A program made the position numbers and the translations under genes. Below are positions 1-11,112 of a DNA stretch of 52,299 bases, piece by piece; position 1 is the first letter of the stretch; the number at the start of each line of letters is the position of its first letter. The stretch is from Chara braunii. Its lineage: Eukaryota; Plantae; Charophyceae. The notes beneath the pieces are model-generated. The model did no database searches. It was not told the origin of the DNA and worked only from the letters and a program-made list of their open reading frames with translations. The stretch covers positions 2,465,029 to 2,517,327 of the forward strand of contig BFEA01000015.1 in NCBI GenBank assembly GCA_003427395.1, written 5' to 3'.

Positions 1-600
1 GGTAAGTAACGCTGGCCTCCGCCAGCCTCTCTCCACTCTACGACCTACTACCTACCAGCGCCCAGCGCTGAAGACTACAGCTACAGCTATGGCGCCCAGC
101 GCCGAAGACTACAGCTAGCGCTACCACTACTGCCTAACGCTGAAGACTACTGCAGCGCTCCTCCTGAGTGCTGCGGCCGAATCCTGAAGACTACCTCTGC
201 CTACCGACTCTACCTACCCGTGAAGTGCATGGGATCCTCCTATGTACTACGGGTGTGCCTCTTGAGCCTGCCGAAGGAAGGCAGGGGCTGCAGCTGCAGC
301 TCCTGCTCGAGCACGTGAGGAACAAGCTATTTTGGGCCTGTTCCGCATCCCTATTTCCGTGCCTGAGTCTTAGGGGCAGGTCGAAACAATGAGGGCCTGA
401 AAATGGCCCTCCGTTTCAGGCTGAAAACTCTGGGTCTGAAAAGACCCAGAAATAGGCTGAAACGAGGTAGGGCCTGCAGGCCCTCGTTTTTCAGCACCCA
501 GGCTGAAATGAACGGGGCCTGCAAGCCCTAAGTTTTAGGCTTTTAGGCTGAATGTCCGGGACGGGCCCTGTAGGCCCATGTGGCTACGCAGTATGCCACA
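1..600. mobile_element. 3' part of an LTR-like repeat (copy A), ending ...GTATGCCACA
   Basis: 1-65 resembles 981-1046 and 340-600 closely matches 1642-1923. Both copies end in GTATGCCACA, like the GAATGCCACA end of the solo LTR at 3640-4843. LTR identity is inferred from the CA terminus. Confidence 0.5.
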
Positions 601-1923
601 GAAGGGGTCTGGTGCTTCACACAAGAAGACCGCGCCAGCCCCAACCATACACAGACGAAGGAGGTGGGGTTAGACGAAGAAGAAGGGAAGATGGGAAGGT
701 CGTCAACACCAAGTGCTCGGCACAGGCCCAAATAGTCCCTCGTCGAAATGTCTGAATCCCAATGTCGAGTCTGGATCCAATGTCGTCGAGTCTCAAGTCA
801 CAACTCTTTCTCTCTCTGTCGTAGTCTAAGAAGTTAGGTGGCAAGAGGGTGAGAAGAGATGGTAGACTTAGAAGAGGAAGAAGAAGAACTCTCTCTCTCT
901 CTCTGTGTCCAGTACTAACCTGTGAAGTTGGCGCCTTGATGCCGGTACCTCGAAGATGGAGCTGGAGCGATGGCGCCACAGGTAAGTACCACTGGCCTCC
1001 GCCAGTGTCTCTCCCAACTCTACTACCTACCACCTACAGCGCCCAGNNNNNNNNNNNNNNNNNNNNNNNNNNNNNNNNNNNNNNNNNNNNNNNNNNNNNN
1101 NNNNNNNNNNNNNNNNNNNNNNNNNNNNNNNNNNNNNNNNNNNNNNNNNNNNNNNNNNNNNNNNNNNNNNNNNNNNNNNNNNNNNNNNNNNNNNNNNNNN
1201 NNNNNNNNNNNNNNNNNNNNNNNNNNNNNNNNNNNNNNNNNNNNNNNNNNNNNNNNNNNNNNNNNNNNNNNNNNNNNNNNNNNNNNNNNNNNNNNNNNNN
1301 NNNNNNNNNNNNNNNNNNNNNNNNNNNNNNNNNNNNNNNNNNNNNNNNNNNNNNNNNNNNNNNNNNNNNNNNNNNNNNNNNNNNNNNNNNNNNNNNNNNN
1401 NNNNNNNNNNNNNNNNNNNNNNNNNNNNNNNNNNNNNNNNNNNNNNNNNNNNNNNNNNNNNNNNNNNNNNNNNNNNNNNNNNNNNNNNNNNNNNNNNNNN
1501 NNNNNNNNNNNNNNNNNNNNNNNNNNNNNNNNNNNNNNNNNNNNNNNNNNNNNNNNNNNNNNNNNNNNNNNNNNNNNNNNNNNNNNNNNNNNNNNNNNNN
1601 NNNNNNNNNNNNNNNNNNNNNNNNNNNNNNNNNNNNNNNNNTGTTCCGAAACCCAGTTTTCGTGCCTGAATCTTAGGGCAGGTCGAAACAAATGAGGGCC
1701 TAAAAATAGCCCAGGGCCTAAGAATAGCCCTCCGTTTCAGGCTGGAAAAACTCTGGGTCTGAAAGACCCAGAAATAGGCTGAAACGGAGTAGGGCCTGCA
1801 GGCCCTCGTTTTTCAGTTTTCAGGCTGAAACAACCGGGGCCTGTAGATCCTAAGTTTTAAGCTTTTAGGCTGAATGTCCGGGACGGGTCCTACAGGGNCC
1901 GTGTGGCCACGCAGTATGCCACA
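601..1923. mobile_element. LTR-like repeat copy B (5'-truncated or interrupted by copy A; spans an N gap)
   Basis: Same internal blocks and GTATGCCACA end as copy A. 961-1020 (GCTGGAGCGATGGCGCCACAGGTAAGT...TGGCCTCCGCC) also matches ~4180-4235 in the solo LTR. Confidence 0.45.
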
Positions 1924-1954
1924 CTCAGCGTCCCTCCTGTGATTATGATTATGC

Positions 1955-1986
<32 letters not shown>

Positions 1987-2371
1987 ATGAACTTCTACTG
2001 ATTGTATGAGAAATGTGGGATAGTGATACTAATGATGATGACTATTAGCATGTGAAGAATTTTAGAAGTCTATGCTATATTATCAGCAAATCTGGCCTTC
2101 TAATCGTGGAATTAATGTCCTAGCCCTCCCTGAGCCAGGACATTAATCTCAAAGACAATGTCATCCTAGCCAACATCAACCAGAGTTATCCTGTTCTCGC
2201 CACCTAGACTAAACCTGGACCCATAGGCTGTCCTGGTGGCACCCCCCAGTTCACCACTGGATTGTCTTCCTTCCTCGACTAATCCCCAGATCTCTCTACA
2301 AGGCCTCACACTCCTGTCATTTGCAGGTTACAGGGCATAGCCCCAGCTCCGGCCAGCGTCGTTCTGGCATT
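1924..2371. repeat. Dispersed ~440-bp repeat, copy 1
   Basis: Colinear with 23568-23987, sharing GACAATGTCATC, CTGTTCTCGCCACCTAGACTAA, CTCTCTACAAGGCCTCACA and CAGCGTCGTTCTGGCATT. Confidence 0.8.
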
Positions 2372-2552
2372 GGAAGGTACTAGTGCTTTAATGTTGCCGT
2401 CTTAGCCCCTTAGGGTCCCCCTTGGATGTACCTGAACTTCAGTTCAGTCCAAATGGACCCTCAGGAGATAAAAGGTGATTTTTTGTGGGCCAAATAAGTA
2501 GGTTTCAATTTCGTTCAAAAAATATGAAATGTCCGTTTTGACGAAATTGCTG

Positions 2553-3588
2553 TTTATTTATACTTTCTTGTTATAGACGGTTTTGTGGAGGAAATGAGAG
2601 AGAGAATTTGGGGGTGCTTTAACAACACACATTTCGGTCTTGGTACCAGTAACTCTCTGTCTTGGCAGATTTGAGCGGTTAGGATCGGGCTCGAACTAGC
2701 GAGCTACTCTTTCTCTGTGGATGGATGTGTCTTTTTTCTTTTTTTTTTTTTTTTTTCTTTTTTTTCACACGGCCTAATTCTTTGCCCAGCTTTGCAGCAT
2801 TGGCTGTTTTGCCGATGGAGAAATGTCTGGGGGTGGCCACAAGTTTTTTTTTCTGGGTTGGGAGTTTGCGGTTTTGGCCACAATCTCTTTGCGAGGAGGC
2901 TCAGAGAGTGTTTGCTGTGGGTGTCATTCCCGCGGGCTGCTCTTACGGAGCACATGGAAGAACGGGGTAGCTTTAAGGGCGTTTTAAGCAGTAGCGCTCC
3001 TGGTGTTGAATGAGATCTTGTGGAATCTGGTTTAGTACTCGCAGTGGCCTCGCTGTAGCGCTAGGACATCATCCGATTCTGCAGCTTGTGCGACAGGGGG
3101 AGATTCATGGCACTCTTGGTGTTGCGTGCAGGTCCTGCCGTGTATTTTCGATTTGTAGTGGCGTCGTAAGACCATCGCAGAGGGCTCTAAAACGTTTTTA
3201 GACCATTGGCATGTATGGTCGACGCTTTTTTCGAGTTTTGTTAGTGGAGCCTTTTGTGCTATGTTGGTTTGTGGTTTTGTGGGCCGACGTGGAGGGCTCT
3301 CCAAGTTCTTTTCGGACCTGTGGAGGATGGGGTCCGTGCTTTCTTGCTGGTGGAGTCCTCTGTCTTAGGTAAGCTGCTTTTTGCCCTCCGCCCTTTTACG
3401 GATCATGTATATGTGCAAGTGTGCCGCTTCGGCAGCAGACGGGTGTGTGGGCACTTGGCGCTGAACCACACAAACGTGACCAACCTTCCATTTTCTATTA
3501 TATTGTCTATCTATACTTTTTTGTTATGGATGGTTTGTTATGATTTGTGGAGTAAATGAGAGAGAGAATTTGGGGTGCCTTAACAACA

Positions 3589-3639
<51 letters not shown>
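2553..3639 (+). repeat. Segment bounded by two copies of an ~80-bp 3'-end-like sequence running into CA repeats (possible non-LTR retroelement tails)
   Basis: TATACTTT.TTGTTAT...TTTGTGGAG.AAATGAGAGAGAGAATTTGGGG(G)TGC.TTAACAACACA occurs at ~2553-2631 and ~3510-3590; the second copy continues into (CA)n to 3639. Confidence 0.5.
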
Positions 3640-4843
<1,204 letters not shown>

Positions 4844-4845
4844 CA

Positions 4846-4884
<39 letters not shown>

Positions 4885-4897
4885 GGAACTGTGAATG

Positions 4898-4955
<58 letters not shown>

Positions 4956-4962
4956 GAGTTAC

Positions 4963-5228
4963 TGTCGTTCTTGTCTGGGGTTTGGACCGGCAGTCTGCTA
5001 GGATTGCAAGGTTGGTGTGAGTAAAGTTGGGACCACTTTTCTCTTTCTCTCTCAAAAAGGTATCACTAACTCTGGGCGATGTGGTGAGTCCTTAATACTC
5101 CTTATGCATCAGTCAAATGCATTCTGGGCAGAAGACTGTCCAGGGTCAACCTACTGACGAGTGGGTGAAAGTCCGACGAAACAGTCTGGCACAGTCATGC
5201 TTTTTTTGAGTGTATTGCGAATATGACA
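4963..5228 (+). mobile_element. 266-bp LTR-like (TG...CA) unit carrying a hammerhead ribozyme; retrozyme-like solo LTR or short retroposon
   Basis: Starts TGTCGT and ends ATGACA (5/6 inverted match). Bracketed by the 16-bp direct repeat ACACACACAGAAGAGT (4944-4959, 5229-5244). Contains a hammerhead core and a T7 run (5201-5207). Confidence 0.55.
5133..5187 (+). ncRNA. Type III hammerhead ribozyme (predicted cleavage after GUC, C5140)
   Basis: Stem III AGACTGT(5133-5139)/ACAGTCT(5181-5187) is perfect. Stem I is AGG/CCT with a GTCAA loop and a C5141-A5153 mismatch. Core CTGACGA at 5154-5160, stem II at 5161-5177 opened by G-C with a GAAA loop, core GAAA at 5178-5181. Confidence 0.8.
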
Positions 5229-5631
5229 ACACACACAGAAGAGTGTGTGCATGCCGTGCCGTGATGCAGTTGGAGCAGCAGCAGCAGCAGAGGGTTGCAT
5301 TTCAGCAGACGACGGCGAGGCGGCGGCCCAGTGGCAAGGCGATATGAGAGGGAGTCACAGCAGCAGCTTTGGCAGAGTGTTGTCCAATGGAGGCTTCATC
5401 AGGGCTTCTCCCCTGGCAGGTACCACGGTAATGGGGGCACACGGCCAGGCCCTCTTTTCGCTGGGCACCCATAGGGCCTGGGGTAGTAGGCCAATTTTTC
5501 TTTGATCCAGGCGATGTCGGCCCATCTGTGTCGCATGGGCGGCACCAATTACCGCACAATCTTCAGACTCATGACGATCCAGGCCATGGACTGGTAGGAC
5601 TGCAGACGGCCCCGATACTAGATTCTCATAT

Positions 5632-5720
5632 TCGCACCGCACCACTCGCCAAATGTGCAAAACGGGAATGAGTCTCCCACTAGAACGTGGAAAGATACAT
5701 CGGATTGCCCTTAATCCTTT
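5632..5720. mobile_element. Partial copy of the GGGCCTCGC-type MITE
   Basis: GTGCAAAACGGGAATGAGTCTCCCACTAGAACGTGGAAAGATACA matches the interior of the copy at 15832-15953. Confidence 0.55.
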
Positions 5721-6682
5721 CACATGACGATTTTTGTTCCTCTGTGCATTGTCGCCATGTGTCCCTGTCCTCGTTCGAAAAATTCTCCGTCAGAAATAGA
5801 AACAGACAATCCATCCCACAACGATGTCGATCTGCATTCTTTTTCTGCTTCTATTTGTTTTTTTTTTTGTTTTTCAACATCCTTTTGCAAAGACTTCCTC
5901 GATTTAAAAAAAAGACGAAAAAGAACATCTACCTCCTGTCTTCCTTCTCTCCCCTCTTTCCGATCTCCCTCCGCACCCCTCTCCCTTCTCCCTCCCTCCT
6001 GCCCCCTCCTCCTCCCTCCCTCCCTCCCTCCCTCTCTCCCTCTCCTCCTCCCTCCCCCTCCTCCNNNNNNNNNNNNNNNNNNNNNNNNNNNNNNNNNNNN
6101 NNNNNNNNNNNNNNNNNNNNNNNNNNNNNNNNNNNNNNNNNTCCTCCCTCCCTCCTGCCCCCTCCTCCTCTTCCTCCTCCTCCTCCCCCCTCCTCCCTCC
6201 CTCCTCCGTCCTCATCATCATTCCCATCATCGTCACCTGGGTTTCCTCCCCTCTCTTTCCAGTGCTCCCATCCCCTCCCTTTCCAATGCTCCCATCTCTC
6301 TTGCCATTGTGATCATCTTCGCTTTTTTCTGCCATTCTGATGAGCTTGATCCATTGTGCTCCGAATCAGAGCTTCAGAGTAGGCCGCATACCGAGCGTAA
6401 CTCCTCTTCGCCCTCCCCCTTTCCACGCCCCCTCCTCCTCCTTCTCCTCCTCCTCCTCCTCCTCCTCCTCCTCCTCATCGCCCTCCTCCTCCTCCTCCTC
6501 CTCATCGCCCTCCTCCCCCTTTATCATTAGGGTAGCTTGCTCCCCTCCTTTTTTAATGCTCGCAGCTTTTTTACCCTCTTTTCTTTTCTTGTTGCTCCCC
6601 ACCTCCTCCCCCCCCCCACACCATAAACGTTTCCCGCCATAGCAACGGCCGATCTTCATCCGTTGATATTGCGCTCTCAGAG

Positions 6683-7402
6683 TCAGAGCTTCTGTGGTGG
6701 TCCCATGCCAAAGAAAGAACGCAACTCGTCCAGACCATGATGTTTGCCTGCTTTGACAATCATTTCCAGTTTCTTGTGCTCATCCTCCCAATGGTTCTCC
6801 TGTCTTCTATGAAGCTCAGCCCTTTGTTCCTCGTGCTTTTCCAGCAGCATCTTCATCTCTGCCGCCTGTCTCGCTCTGACCGCCTTTATTTTCTGTGCCT
6901 TCTCCATCTTTGGATCGCCCGGACTCAGCACGCGCATTCTCCACTTATTTGGCCTTTCTTCGTCCTGCTTTGCCTTCTCCTTGTCCTCCTGCTTCTGTTG
7001 CTGCTCATACTGCGGCGATGAAGCTTGCTGCTGCTGTTGTTGTTGTTGGAGGTTCGATCTCTCGACCTCTGCAGTATCGAACATGTACTTAGAGGCCATG
7101 CGCACACGGACAGGACGAGGCATGCCACCCACCATCAACAGGTTCTTGCGAGTGGTTGCCGCTACACGCATTGCTTGTTCCTCGTTCGAAAACTCTATCA
7201 GAGCGCACCCTTGTGGGACAAGTGCACTCAGGGGATGGTGCAGCAACTTGATACTTGCCACCTTTCCAAATTGGGAAAGTGCACTCTGCATTATGGGTAC
7301 CGTAACCTGTGGAGCAATCTCGTCTAGGAATACCGTTCTCCGTACCTTCTGATCAAATTGTGAAGCCCCCCCTTCCATTTTCCGTTTCCCACCGTTTTCC
7401 AT
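6683..7402 (-). CDS. AIPP1: RRM protein of the AIPP1/EDM3 (ASI1-immunoprecipitated protein 1) family, 239 aa, single exon
   Basis: FDQKVRRTVFLDEIAPQVT..ALSQFGKV..CALIEF..MVGGMPRPVRVR..MFD and C-terminal SPGDP..QAAE..LL..KKLEMI match the recalled plant AIPP1/EDM3 pattern. The ORF track starts at GTG 7420; the first ATG is 7402, with an upstream in-frame stop at 7445-7447. Confidence 0.8.
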   Translation of the reverse strand: MENGGKRKMEGGASQFDQKVRRTVFLDEIAPQVTVPIMQSALSQFGKVASIKLLHHPLSALVPQGCALIEFSNEEQAMRVAATTRKNLLMVGGMPRPVRVRMASKYMFDTAEVERSNLQQQQQQQQASSPQYEQQQKQEDKEKAKQDEERPNKWRMRVLSPGDPKMEKAQKIKAVRARQAAEMKMLLEKHEEQRAELHRRQENHWEDEHKKLEMIVKAGKHHGLDELRSFFGMGPPQKL

Positions 7403-7482
7403 CTTCGGCCCCTCCTCCACCTTCCCTGTCCCACCGGTTTGCGTCTAACTTTTCTAACCGATAGACCAACTGAGACACCTGC

Positions 7483-7484
<2 letters not shown>

Positions 7485-7553
<69 letters not shown>

Positions 7554-7652
7554 TCCTTCCCTATTAACAACCCAAACTCCGACCTCTACCTCGCTCGATA
7601 AGTTCTGCTTCTGCTTCTGCTTCTGCTTCTGCTTCTGCTTCTGCTTCTGCTT
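7485..7652. repeat. (GA)n and (CTGCTT)n microsatellites upstream of the AIPP1-like gene
   Basis: Directly visible at 7485-7550 and ~7604-7652. Confidence 0.9.
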
Positions 7653-9279
7653 CCGGTAAGTAACAGGGCGAGATATGAAGGGAATGGATCGTGAAGTACT
7701 GATACGGAAGTCAGCCTCACACTACTCACACTACGTAGGCGTGCAGCTCTTCCCCGCTTACTGCTGCATTTGCATCTTCTCCCCGTTCATGCCTCTCACT
7801 CTCTTCGTTGTTCAGGGAGCGTCGAAAGGGAATCAATACGCAGCCAAGCTAACGAAGACAGGTTGGACGAGGGGATCTTCATGGAATTCAAGTCGGTACT
7901 TCAGCAGTTTTATAAGTGCACCCACTGAGATAGGCCGGTTGGTTGCAGGTTTTCTTTTGGCTGCCTGACACCGTGCAAAAGGAACAAAAATGGCCCACGC
8001 GGGACTGACGCCACACCGCAGGGAAGTCTGTTTCACAGCCTCGCGCAGCTTTTGCCGCGTTTGGGGGCGAACAAATACAAAGGTGTTGCCATGGGAGGGG
8101 CTTTATTACTGCTCCCGAGACAGAGAAAACGTCAGAAAGGCATCGAAAGCGAGGGGTCAGCCTGCAACACAGTGACGATCAGCCAGGTTAAAGAAGACAG
8201 TCCAGACAAGGGCAAGGCAGCAGTTTTGTGTTTTCTTCCCCTCCCTGCTGCTTTCTTTTGTCCCCCACTACTTCCGACCCTGTTCACTTCGCAAAGAGAC
8301 GAGTGACATTCACCGACTCCCGAAAACAGCTGATTGACAAACCACAATCTCATCCAGACCACAATCTAGTCCCCCGAATCATCTAGCAGCCACGGCAAAA
8401 AAAGATCACAGGAGTTAGCGCGTAGCGACACACGCAACTTTGGCATGCTTTAGTTGAGGGCCTGATAGGTGGGCTTCGGTTACAACTTGCATTCCACGGC
8501 AGAAGAGTCGTGTTGTGATTCAAAGACTACCTAGCATTGACCCACGAAACTTCCAATCAAACGACAGATTGACGAACGTAGAAAAACCTCCAAAAAGTGG
8601 TTTTTGCAAAAATGATGAAAAATCAGATTATTATATAACTATTAACTCATATATTTCACAACCTTGCTTCAAGTTGCCAGTCACCAGACTGAGTCCTTTT
8701 TCGCTACCGGACCCCAACGCGGGGCCAGCATCCCTACCAAACCTGGTTGTGGGACCATTTTCAATTTGGTCCCGCGAGGAACCTGCAAAGGGCCTGTTTT
8801 CCGAGGCTGGTTCGGGCTTGCCTGTTAGCGACAGGGAATTTTCTTGGTCATACACTCCATTACAACAGCAGCCGCTACTTCCGCCGGGGCGTCAAGAGGC
8901 GTCTCAAGAGCCTGACCAAGCTTAAGAATCAAAACAATCTATCTTCTCCTCACAGACAAGGCAGTGAGGGGCGCCAGAGCAACAGCTAAAGACAAATCTC
9001 TGCTGTCTGTGCTTATGGAGTGGAAACGGATCTCAACACCAAGCCCGGTGCGACATCGCACCTAATACCACCATCGCTAGCACTAAGCACCACCACCGTC
9101 GGCACCACCATCACCCTTCCCTTCCCTTCTTCTGGATCTTCTTTTGTAGAATTCCAACTCCTTCACTTCAAGAATGTACCTGCACTGTCAACACCAAAAC
9201 AATGACAGCAAGTGTCAGAAATCATCTCAAACACCTCAACACACCTCAAGAATCGCGGTGCTCCACTCCATGTAGCAAA

Positions 9280-10012
9280 CAAGTGTCTTCAGCCTCTCAG
9301 CCACACCTCCCCGGAGAAAAAAAAACCGGATTTGAACCCGTGACCTCTCGTGTGACAGGCTAGGACCATTGACCAGAGATAGGTCCGGAGATAAAAACCA
9401 ATGCCTTCAGCCACTCAGCCACACCTTCCCAGAAAGACCATAGGACCATTTCAACCTGTGACAACCTAGCCTGACAGACTATAGGACCATTGAAAAGAGA
9501 TAGGCCCGGAGATACTAAGCAAGCAATGGCTTCAGCCACTCAGTCACACCTCCCCGCAAAAAACACATGGGATTTGTACCTGCGAGTTCTTGCGTGACAG
9601 ATTAGGACCATTGAAAGGAAATATTATGTCAGGAGATAACAACCAGTGCCTTCAGCCACTCAACCATGCCTCCAAGGAAAAAAAAAAAAGAAGGGGATTT
9701 GAACCCACAACTTCTGGCGTGACAGACTACGACCACTACAAGAGGATAGGTTGGAAAATAGCAACCAAGGGTTATGGGTTGGCTTCTCAGTGGATAATGC
9801 AACCTTAGTGTGACCCGTTGATCTATACACTCTGCAGCGGACGTGAAATAGTCGTGGCCCAAGTAATGGACAACAAACGAAGAACGAAACCGGAGCGGCT
9901 AGCCTGCCTGCCTATGCTGCGACACTCAGTAGACTCCTGCACCTTTAAACGGGATCTGGACCCACGACTTCTGAAGGCGTGACAGACTAGGACCATCAAA
10001 AGGAGACAGGTG
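9280..10012 (-). repeat. Tandem array (~5 units, ~115-125 bp) of chimeric tRNA-Ser(GCU)/tRNA-Asp(GUC)-like units with Pol III A/B boxes
   Basis: Minus-strand unit: GGAGGTGTGGCTGAGTGGCTGAAGGCATTGG...TATCTCCGG.CCTATCTC...CAATGGTCCTAGTCTGTCACGCCAGAAGTTGTGGGTTCAAATCC(T-rich). A-box halves at ~9290, 9405, 9530 and 9650; B-box halves at ~9327, 9445 (degenerate), 9569, 9694 and 9951. Confidence 0.75.
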
Positions 10013-10154
10013 GATGCCCGCCACGACTACGGGCCTGCAGTGCACAGCTACTTCTCGTCTTTCCCATTCCCCCGCCACCTCCGACGACGACGACGAGGAG
10101 TTCTCTACCACCTTGCCTTCCTGCTCCGCTATCCCCTTCCTCCTTGGGCACCTC

Positions 10155-10590
10155 CAGTAGTACTATGTGGACCGAGCAGTGTTATGTGGCCTGGGTGATA
10201 CCATGCGGGGTGGGTTGTACTACCTGGGGTGGGTCATACCATGCGGACGAGTGGCACTATGTGGGATGCGAGTTGGGCGGTACGATGTGGAACCGGTCGC
10301 ACTACGTGCTACGGGGACTGGGTGGTACTATGTAGGCATAATGCCAGTGCTACGGGGACTGGGTGGTACTATGTAGGCAGGATGGCATTATGTCGCCTGG
10401 GTCACACTAAGTGGGGGCGTACTATGCAAACTGGGTGGTACTATGTGGGCAGGATGGCATCATGAGGCCTGGGTTAGACGAAGTGGGTTGGATGGCACTG
10501 TCGGGTCGGTCATACTATCGGGACTGGGTGATACTACGCGGGCTGGGTGGTGGTACTACGTGGGGTGAGTCATGGCATGTGGACTGGATG
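10155..10590. repeat. Degenerate minisatellite built on GGGTGGTACTATGTGGG-like units
   Basis: Recurrent (G)GACTGGGTGGTACTATGT / GGATGGCA / GGGTCATAC blocks about every 30-45 bp. Confidence 0.7.
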
Positions 10591-11112
10591 CCACCACACG
10601 GCTTCGACTTTCCCTTCATCATCCCTTTTCTCTCTGTGAGCTTGCAAACTGCTTCGTTTTTTTCTTTCTTTTTTTTAACAGACATACTTCGTTTACAAGC
10701 CTATTTGCCATCTGAGCCCATCTCATCTGGCAAGCAGATCCGATCTCATATTACTTGTCTGTGCAGCTGTCAGTGTACCTACGGATCTCGCTCCACCACA
10801 CCACTCTCAAAAATTCGAGAGCTCTGCTTCGCTCAACTTACACTACAAATACCGCTCGAAAATGTGTCTAGTGCTGTCAGAAAATGCTCCAGACCCACAC
10901 TCTGGACCCCTCTAGATAGAGTGACCCAGCCTGCAGCACCGGTTTCCTCTAGGATCCTCCGTTCTGGTCTTGAAATGGCGCCCAAATCCACGAGTCTGCC
11001 ACAAGTCTGGGTGGACAGACTAGGCTGGCGGTGTCGTGTTGTGGAACTGGACAAACCAGATGGTCTTCTTGATTGTTGGAGTGTCTTTCTACAGTAGCAC
11101 CCTCCAGTGTAA

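Noticed and set aside
849-1695. Long ORFs across N gaps (also ~5687-6530, 17426-17971, 27193-27747, 34065-34649)
   Set aside because: Their length largely results from translating through Ns and simple repeats.
6337-6370. CTGATGA followed by a hairpin and GAA, a possible second hammerhead
   Set aside because: No GAAA/UH stem III arrangement; it folds as a simple hairpin. Other CTGANGA hits noticed (e.g. ~41273, ~51965) also lack the required stems.
9280-10012. Functional tRNA gene cluster
   Set aside because: No unit forms a normal cloverleaf; halves come from two isotypes and are mutated.
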